Shown: positions 60,901 to 64,000 of the stretch, in pieces
Position numbering within the stretch: position 1 is the stretch's first letter
Layout: every line of letters begins with the position of its first letter
Assembly: GCF_004010195.1 (NCBI RefSeq)
Contig: NC_057749.1
Span: 19,677,946 to 19,741,945 of the forward strand
Origin: Chiloscyllium plagiosum
Taxonomy: Eukaryota
Direction: 5' to 3'
Length of the DNA: 64,000 nucleotides
The notes under the pieces: model-generated
What the model saw: only the letters and a program-made list of their open reading frames with translations
The model's database searches: none
Told to the model about the DNA's origin: nothing
Translations under genes and position numbers: made by a program

Positions 60901-61042
60901 GCTACAGAGTAACAGATTGGTTACAGCTGCTCCACACAGAAAACCAAGATAATATTCATCTCTCTCTTGTCTTTTGCAGTTGGAAGTTCTGACCAATCTG
61001 GCCAGTGAGACCAATATATCAACCATTCTCCGTGAGTTCCAG
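7636..61042 (+). CDS. AP3B2: AP-3 complex subunit beta-2 (beta-3B adaptin), partial multi-exon gene: 11 internal coding exons encoding the N-terminal adaptin (HEAT-repeat) trunk
   Basis: Exons 7636-7711, 19355-19429, 23808-23903, 26707-26867, 29150-29216, 50297-50479, 52256-52432, 55086-55183, 57944-57998, 60786-60857 and 60980-61042 total 1123 nt and splice into one open frame (HDDLKEML...TILREFQ). Residues [21 protein letters not shown] and [22 protein letters not shown] match AP3B2 rather than AP3B1, from recalled human sequences. Confidence 0.93.
8220..9635 (+). mobile_element. Old CR1 LINE (decayed RT region and 3' end)
   Basis: Remnants gggaactgtaggccagttaccttaacatctg ([13 protein letters not shown]), INDL, FVDDT, plus a CR1 3' tail. 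Confidence 0.85.
9725..11780 (-). mobile_element. CR1 LINE with internal deletions (ORF1 esterase part, APE part, RT C-terminus, 3' tail)
   Basis: Minus-strand ORFs 11347..11532 ([23 protein letters not shown]-like ORF1), 10608..10871 ([13 protein letters not shown]) and 9950..10339 ([15 protein letters not shown]). Confidence 0.9.
12560..12870 (+). mobile_element. DeuSINE-like (SacSINE1/AmnSINE1-related) SINE remnant
   Basis: gtactgttagaggtgctaccttccagatgagatgttaaactgag resembles the Deu-domain core as recalled; 3' tail caattagggatgggctacaaatgctagccttgccagcgac. Confidence 0.55.
13250..13563 (+). mobile_element. HE1 SINE (tRNA-derived V-SINE)
   Basis: A-box/B-box head (ggtggcacagcggttag...gggttcaattcc), V-domain tctccc..gtgggttt..ggtgctc.ggttt, tail gggcctgtttccacactgtaag. 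Confidence 0.9.
13713..13920 (+). mobile_element. Fold-back PLE-derived mini-element, family 1, with hammerhead core
   Basis: Perfect 84-bp inverted repeat 13715-13798/13801-13884 plus a 36-nt tail; 13-bp TSD CATTGCTGACAAG at 13700-13712 and 13921-13933; core CTGAAGA-A-GGGC CTGT GCCC-GAAA-CGTC. Confidence 0.88.
14573..15077 (+). mobile_element. LINE 3' fragment (CR1/L2 group) sharing its tail with the local tRNA-derived SINEs
   Basis: Decayed RT C-terminus followed by tail caagggcaaaaagggatgggcaataaat; related pieces at about 19650-19800 and 56380-56630. Confidence 0.6.
15175..15350. repeat. CT-rich low-complexity tract
   Basis: Almost purely pyrimidine on the + strand. Confidence 0.8.
16065..17703 (+). 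mobile_element. CR1 LINE (RT region to 3' tail), interrupted by a fold-back element
   Basis: [14 protein letters not shown]...FTDDTK (ORF 16490..16678) and [12 protein letters not shown] (17243..17551). Confidence 0.9.
16812..17026 (-). mobile_element. Fold-back PLE-derived mini-element, family 1
   Basis: Palindrome centred on ggcatgcc (about 16936); 17-bp TSD gacattgg(a)[g/a]tgtaggt at 16795-16811 and 17027-17043 with 1 mismatch; CTGATGA on both strands. Confidence 0.85.
17716..18025 (+). mobile_element. HE1 SINE, young copy
   Basis: CpG-intact HE1 body with (taatc)n tail. Confidence 0.92.
18326..18645 (+). mobile_element. HE1 SINE
   Basis: acggtggctcagtggtta head, with HE1 body and tail. 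Confidence 0.88.
19355..19429 (+). CDS. AP3B2: AP3B2 coding exon (equiv. exon 3): [25 protein letters not shown]
   Basis: tttgcag| acceptor, GAG|gtaagt donor, 75 nt, phase 0-0. Confidence 0.95.
19840..20925. mobile_element. Old CR1 fragments (minus-strand RT pieces, then a plus-strand 3' end)
   Basis: ORF 19723..19977 (-) [19 protein letters not shown]1 3' sequence at about 20620-20925. Confidence 0.6.
20927..21262 (-). mobile_element. HE1 SINE
   Basis: Reverse complement of the HE1 body (cagtgtggaaacaggcccttc...gaggcagcaatgctaac). Confidence 0.9.
21550..21846 (-). mobile_element. HE1 SINE
   Basis: Reverse complement of HE1 (ggcgctgtgaggcagcagtgctaaccactgtg). Confidence 0.9.
21950..23600 (+). 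mobile_element. CR1 LINE RT region with a nested younger CR1 3' piece (about 22505-22980)
   Basis: [13 protein letters not shown] at about 22080; ORF 22510..22902 ([10 protein letters not shown]...[10 protein letters not shown]). Confidence 0.85.
23808..23903 (+). CDS. AP3B2: AP3B2 coding exon (equiv. exon 4): [32 protein letters not shown]
   Basis: tttgcag| acceptor, weak AAG|gtcatt donor, 96 nt, phase 0-0. Confidence 0.95.
24240..24572 (+). mobile_element. tRNA-derived shark SINE (non-HE1 family)
   Basis: B-box gggttcaaatcc, then ggaatttgaattcaat...ggttcactaatg, tail gggcagttagggatgggtaataaatgctggcc; other copies at about 28510-28895(-), 52530-52870(+), 61235-61500(-) and 13685-14140(-). 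Confidence 0.7.
25790..26390 (-). mobile_element. CR1 LINE fragment (APE/linker region)
   Basis: ORFs 25909..26136 and 26137..26325 ([20 protein letters not shown]). Confidence 0.85.
26707..26867 (+). CDS. AP3B2: AP3B2 coding exon (equiv. exon 5): [53 protein letters not shown](S)
   Basis: ttctag| acceptor, CAG|gtaaaa donor, 161 nt. Confidence 0.95.
27085..27283 (-). mobile_element. Fold-back PLE-derived mini-element, family 1 (older copy)
   Basis: Imperfect palindrome centred near 27200; degenerate 14-bp TSD ccaatataattgca (27071-27084) / ccattataactgca (27284-27297). Confidence 0.8.
28065..28256 (+). mobile_element. Fold-back PLE-derived mini-element, family 2, with hammerhead core
   Basis: Inverted arms at about 28064-28125 and 28160-28223; 16-bp direct repeat aatcatttttagaatg at 28049-28064 and 28257-28272; CTGATGA 28142-28148 ... 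GAAAGCTA 28163-28170. Confidence 0.85.
29150..29216 (+). CDS. AP3B2: AP3B2 coding exon (equiv. exon 6): (S)[22 protein letters not shown]
   Basis: ttacag| acceptor, ACG|gtaagg donor, 67 nt; completes the phase-2 codon from the previous exon. Confidence 0.95.
29420..29940 (+). mobile_element. Old CR1 3' fragment
   Basis: [11 protein letters not shown] in ORF 29357..29668, plus a CR1 tail. Confidence 0.75.
31386..33096 (+). mobile_element. Gypsy LTR retrotransposon (Gmr1-like), 5' part: putative LTR (about 31386-31823), degenerate tRNA-Pro PBS, gag
   Basis: TGGGGGCTC at 31828-31836; gag pieces [13 protein letters not shown] (31952..32239) and [11 protein letters not shown] (32253..32516); capsid/SCAN-like [18 protein letters not shown] at about 32785-32840. 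Confidence 0.8.
35064..35275 (+). mobile_element. Fold-back PLE-derived mini-element, family 1
   Basis: Palindrome centred near 35148; 11-bp TSD taacaggaata at 35053-35063 and 35276-35286; minus strand reads CTGAAGA-A-GGGC TTAT GCCT-GAAACGTC. Confidence 0.87.
35392..35688 (+). mobile_element. Short CR1 3' end inserted antisense into the minus-strand CR1
   Basis: ORF 35387..35620 [27 protein letters not shown] and tail tgtttccatgctgtacatctctatgactct. Confidence 0.88.
36168..36473 (+). mobile_element. HE1 SINE nested in CR1
   Basis: Full HE1 head, body and tail interrupting the CR1 APE region. Confidence 0.92.
37166..38778 (+). mobile_element. Gypsy (Gmr1-like) continuation: zinc knuckle, protease, integrase (decayed)
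   Basis: [14 protein letters not shown] (CCHC remnant), [11 protein letters not shown] (aspartic protease), [21 protein letters not shown] (integrase zinc region), ADQGSNF and [17 protein letters not shown] (integrase core). Confidence 0.88.
39090..39395 (-). mobile_element. HE1 SINE, young copy
   Basis: Near-exact reverse complement of 17716-18025. Confidence 0.93.
39400..42090 (-). mobile_element. CR1 LINE (second subfamily), APE to 3' tail
   Basis: ORFs 41712..41918 (IMGDFN), 40695..41036 (NYRPISLT), 40136..40528 ([16 protein letters not shown]), 39832..40218 and 39534..39812. Confidence 0.92.
43930..44500 (+). mobile_element. PLE 3' end/pseudo-LTR, family 2 (non-palindromic, longer copy)
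   Basis: Ends in cac-CTGACAA-AGGAG CAGCA CTCC-GAAAGCTT-gta...ggactataacct...cccagtccaacac, the same terminus as 28141-28256; interrupts CR1 between LGNK and GAHFGSND. Confidence 0.75.
45236..47033 (+). mobile_element. Younger 5'-truncated CR1 with a largely open RT (ORFs 45491..45838 and 45894..46811)
   Basis: [42 protein letters not shown]; tail ctctatgactctataactct. Confidence 0.93.
48400..50212 (+). mobile_element. CR1 fragments (APE/linker and two 3' ends)
   Basis: [14 protein letters not shown] (48844..49068), [11 protein letters not shown] (49800..49985), tctgctcctatgtcttatg tails. Confidence 0.82.
50297..50479 (+). CDS. AP3B2: AP3B2 coding exon (equiv. exon 7): [61 protein letters not shown]
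   Basis: tgccag| acceptor, AAC|gtaagt donor, 183 nt; lies within ORF 50147..50599. Confidence 0.96.
51490..51790 (-). mobile_element. Possible Tx1/L1-clade LINE C-terminal fragment
   Basis: Minus strand reads ...[18 protein letters not shown]...; ALPVRSFLH and GGEETV in shifted frames, resembling the zf-RVT region as recalled. Confidence 0.5.
52256..52432 (+). CDS. AP3B2: AP3B2 coding exon (equiv. exon 8): [59 protein letters not shown]
   Basis: gggcag| acceptor, GCG|gtaagc donor, 177 nt; lies within ORF 52232..52546. Confidence 0.95.
53030..53830 (+). mobile_element. Old CR1 APE/linker fragment
   Basis: Similar to 48700-49500; ORF 53413..53655 ([13 protein letters not shown]). Confidence 0.65.
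55086..55183 (+). CDS. AP3B2: AP3B2 coding exon (equiv. exon 9): [32 protein letters not shown](S)
   Basis: cctcag| acceptor, CAG|gtaagc donor, 98 nt. Confidence 0.95.
55808..55980 (+). mobile_element. HE1 SINE 3' half
   Basis: gtgcaggtcaggtgaattggccatgctaaattgccc...gggcctgtttccacact(aatct)n. Confidence 0.9.
57054..57271 (+). mobile_element. Fold-back PLE-derived mini-element, family 1, with intact hammerhead core
   Basis: Palindrome centred near 57143; 15-bp TSD agattgtcaatgcaa at 57039-57053 and 57272-57286; CTGAAGA 57143-57149, GGGC TTAT GCCC, GAAACGTC 57163-57170. Confidence 0.88.
57883..57936. repeat. (CT)n microsatellite forming the polypyrimidine tract of the 57944 exon
   Basis: ctctctct... 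immediately upstream of aaacag|. Confidence 0.85.
57944..57998 (+). CDS. AP3B2: AP3B2 coding exon (equiv. exon 10): (S)[18 protein letters not shown]
   Basis: (CT)n tract followed by aaacag| acceptor, AGG|gtgagt donor, 55 nt. Confidence 0.94.
58895..59793 (+). mobile_element. Penelope-like element 3' fragment: GIY-YIG endonuclease C-terminus and pseudo-LTR, preceded by an inverted copy of its own 3' end
   Basis: ORF 59265..59531 [17 protein letters not shown]...[24 protein letters not shown] is typical of a PLE endonuclease C-terminus; 58895-59271 is the reverse complement of about 59457-59793. Confidence 0.88.
58955..58990 (-). ncRNA. Minimal hammerhead ribozyme motif in the inverted PLE arm
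   Basis: Minus strand CTGATGA-A-GGGC TTTT GCCC-GAAA-CGTC (58986 down to 58959), identical to 49-76. Confidence 0.7.
60375..60521 (-). mobile_element. PLE reverse-transcriptase fragment
   Basis: [47 protein letters not shown] (ORF 60258..60521) is the PLE/telomerase-like RT motif 1-2 region. Confidence 0.85.
60786..60857 (+). CDS. AP3B2: AP3B2 coding exon (equiv. exon 11): [24 protein letters not shown]
   Basis: ttttaag| acceptor, AAG|gtgggt donor, 72 nt. Confidence 0.94.
60980..61042 (+). CDS. AP3B2: AP3B2 coding exon (equiv. exon 12): [21 protein letters not shown]
   Basis: tttgcag| acceptor after a 122-nt intron, CAG|gtaagg donor, 63 nt. Confidence 0.94.
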
Positions 61043-61527
61043 GTAAGGATGGAACAGACATTCGCACTACTCAGTGCTTCCTGTGTAACACGCTGTGATT
61101 AACACCAGCTGCTTCTCAGTGCACCAGCGAAGTCTCTCCACCATACCTCATTCCAACTGGGACACTAATATCCTTCTGCCCCATTTTATTGTGACTTGAG
61201 CAGTGATAACCTTCTGCTTTATTCACTTTTCTTCATTCTCTCATGGGATGAGAGTGTTGCTGGCAAGACCAAAATTTGTTGCCGACTTTAACTGCTCTTG
61301 AGCTGAGTGGTTTCCTGGGCCATTTCAGATGGCAGTCAAAAATCAGCAAAGTTACTATGAGTGAAGTTACATGTAGGGCAAGACCAGATAAGGATGGCAG
61401 ATTTCTTTCTCTAAAGGACATTGTGAATCAGCTATCTTCTCACAAAAATCAAAATTATTTCCATGGTCATTCATTTCCAGAATTAAACCCCTCGGGGGTT
61501 TTAAACCATGTCACCATAAACCATGTC

Positions 61528-62190
61528 CTGCAGCAGGCAACGAAGAAGGCAAATCGTACATTGTCCTTCATAGCAAGAGAATCGGAGTACAACAACAGGA
61601 ATGTCTTACTGCAATTGTAAAGGGCCTTGGTGAGACCACACCTGAAGCACTGTGTGCAGTTTTCTCCTCCTTATTTGAGGAAGGACATTTTGGCTGCGGA
61701 AGGCGTGCTACAAATGTTTATCAGACTGATTCCTGGGGTGGCAGGACTGATGTACAAAGAAAGACAGAATCAATTAGGACTGTACTCACTGGAATTTAGG
61801 AGTTTGAGGGGATTCTCATAGAAACATGTAAAATTTCAACTGGACTAGACAGGTTAAATGCAGGAAGGATGTATCCGAGAGAGTCCAGAGAGTCTAGAAC
61901 TGGGTTGCTGTCTAAGGATACTGGGTAGGCCACTTAGGACTGAGTTGAAGAAAAATTTCTTCGTCTAGAAAGTGGTGAGCCTGTGGATTCCTCTGCCACA
62001 GAAAGCAGTGGATGCCAAAACATTTAATTTTTTCAAAAATTAGATGCAGTTCTTAGAGCTAGAGGGATCAAAGAGTGTGGGGACAAAGAGGGAACAAGAT
62101 ACTGAGGAGGATAATCAGCCATGATCGTATTGAAATGGTGGTGCAGGCTCAAAGGACTGAATGGCCTGCTCCTTCTCCTATTTTATATTC
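61528..62190 (+). mobile_element. CR1 3' fragment
   Basis: QQATKKANRTL, LVRPHLKHCVQF, plus a CR1 tail. Confidence 0.85.
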
Positions 62191-62251
62191 TTCCATGATG
62201 TTTGTTACACATCAACTTTAGTGATTGGAAAGTAGTAATCAGAAAGATTCT

Positions 62252-62567
62252 GGGTGGCACGGTGGCGCAGTGGTTAGCGTTGCTGCCTCACAGCGCCACA
62301 GACCCGGGTTCAATAACCGCCTCAGGCAACTGTCTGTGTGGAGTTCGCACATTCTCCCCGTGTCTGCGTGGGTTTCCTCCAGGTACTCCGGTTTCCTCCC
62401 ACAGTACAAAAATAATGTGCAGGTTAGGTGAATTGGCCATGCTAAATTGCCCGTAGTGTTAGGTGAAGGGGTAAATGTAGGGGAATGGTTCTGGGTGGGT
62501 TGCTCTTTGGAGGGTCGGTGTGGACTTGTTGGGCCGAAGGGCCTGTTTCCACACTGCAAGTAATCTA
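62252..62567 (+). mobile_element. HE1 SINE
   Basis: Full HE1 head, body and tail. Confidence 0.92.
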
Positions 62568-62889
62568 AATATATTTTCCAACTGGAGACTGGATTGTGAG
62601 ATTTGCTCCTACAAACGGTTGTAGAAAGAGCCCATGAATTCTACTGAAAGTGAATTTGACAGTTGTACTGTTGTAAGCATGTAGAGCAGCTAGAAGAGTA
62701 AGAATGGATGAGATGGATGTTAAGGGAGTGGGTACTGAATGAGAGAGAGTGGGTTTGAACTGCATGGTTCATGTGAGAACAGTAGAACAACATTGATGAG
62801 CTGACACCCTTTGTAAGTTATAATGATTACCACCTTAAAGCTAGAAAGTTACTATAAGTGAACCATTCCTATATGGTCCTTTGTGTTAG

Positions 62890-63068
62890 CTGTGTAAGTG
62901 TGTGTATGTGAGTGTATGCTTGAGTAGGTGCATGCACATACACAGATATGTAGCTGCATATACACTTGTGGGTGTGCATGTGTGTGTGTGTGCATGTAGG
63001 ATGTGTATGAATGTGCACAATTTTGAGTGTGTATAGGTACCTGTGTTTGAGTAATCATGTATGTATAT
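62890..63068. repeat. Degenerate (TG)n/(CA)n low-complexity tract
   Basis: gtgtgtatgtgagtgtatg...tgtgtgtgtgtgcatg. Confidence 0.75.
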
Positions 63069-64000
63069 ATTAAGGGGAGAACTTTGCATTCCTATGCAGA
63101 AGGTTCTGATGTTTAAACATTCTTTTGGGTCATTGAATTACATTACAAATCTCAGGATGCTCCAAAGTATTTTACAACCAATGAAGAACTGATGAATGTA
63201 GCAATTGTTATAATGTAAGAAACTAAGTGAACACTACATCTACCCAGTATTCAACCATCTCTGATTGGAAGAACTAAATACTTCTGCAAAAATATCTGAC
63301 CTATTGAGTTCAGCAGAGGAGACAGTTTGGACCAAACTGTACAAGAATTAGGAATTAACACAGTTTAACCGAGAGAAAAAAAATGTTTCTGTATATAGTG
63401 CAGGTTAAAACTAACCTGTTTTAGAATATAAATATAAGACGGTCACTAATAAATCCAAAAGGATTTTAAGAAAAATGTTTTTACCCAGTCAGTGGTGAAA
63501 TTGTGGAATTTGCTGCCTCGATGAATTAGAGTCCTCATGCTTCCTGGTTTTTGGAACTGTGCAATTAGTTTTCTTGAGCTATTGTCAGCAAATGAGAGGA
63601 AGTGTTACTGTATATATTGTTCATGAAATCTATAGCATTCCAGAGGTATGGCTTAGAACCAGATCATGTTGTCTGAGCCTTGTTGGTCTATCCAACACTC
63701 AATCTCCAACCTTGGAATTGTTCCAAATGCACCACTTTGTTGTTAATTGTGAAGCAAATAACATTTAGGGCCAATGAATATTGTTTGGAAGTTCTGAGTC
63801 CTGAGAGGGCAACTGAATGGGAAAGAGAGAGAAACAGAAGTCAGATGAGAAACAGAAAGAAAGACAAAACATCAATTGGGAAGAAAGAGAGAAACTGAAA
63901 CTTGGGGTGGGGGATGAAAGAGCTAGAAATTGTGGGAGGCAAGAGAGCGGTAATAAAACACACGCTATAGAGGGGAAGAAGGTGAGAAACAGAAACTGGG

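Overview
Vertebrate genomic DNA, almost certainly from a cartilaginous fish (shark), judged from abundant HE1 (V-SINE) copies, HER1/CR1-type LINEs and a Deu-domain SINE remnant. The window holds 11 consecutive internal coding exons (equivalent to exons 2-12, + strand, 7636..61042) of AP3B2, the neuronal beta-3B subunit of the AP-3 adaptor. All junctions are GT-AG and phase-compatible, and together the exons give 374 uninterrupted codons. Exon 1 and the 3' exons were not found and presumably lie outside the window. The introns are mostly decayed, often nested retroelements: CR1 LINEs, HE1 and other SINEs, a Gmr1-type Gypsy element, a Tx1-like fragment and Penelope-like element (PLE) pieces. The most striking non-coding signal is a set of about 200-bp fold-back (palindromic) insertions. 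Most have 11-17 bp target-site duplications, and they fold back at or beside a minimal hammerhead-ribozyme core (CUGANGA-A-stem II-GAAA-CG-UC or GAAA-GC-UA). At least two unrelated families are present, and a longer GIY-YIG-bearing PLE relative lies at 58895..59793. Most of the supplied short ORFs are spurious or are fragments of transposon proteins. All assignments come from reading the sequence and recalled family knowledge; no searches were run.
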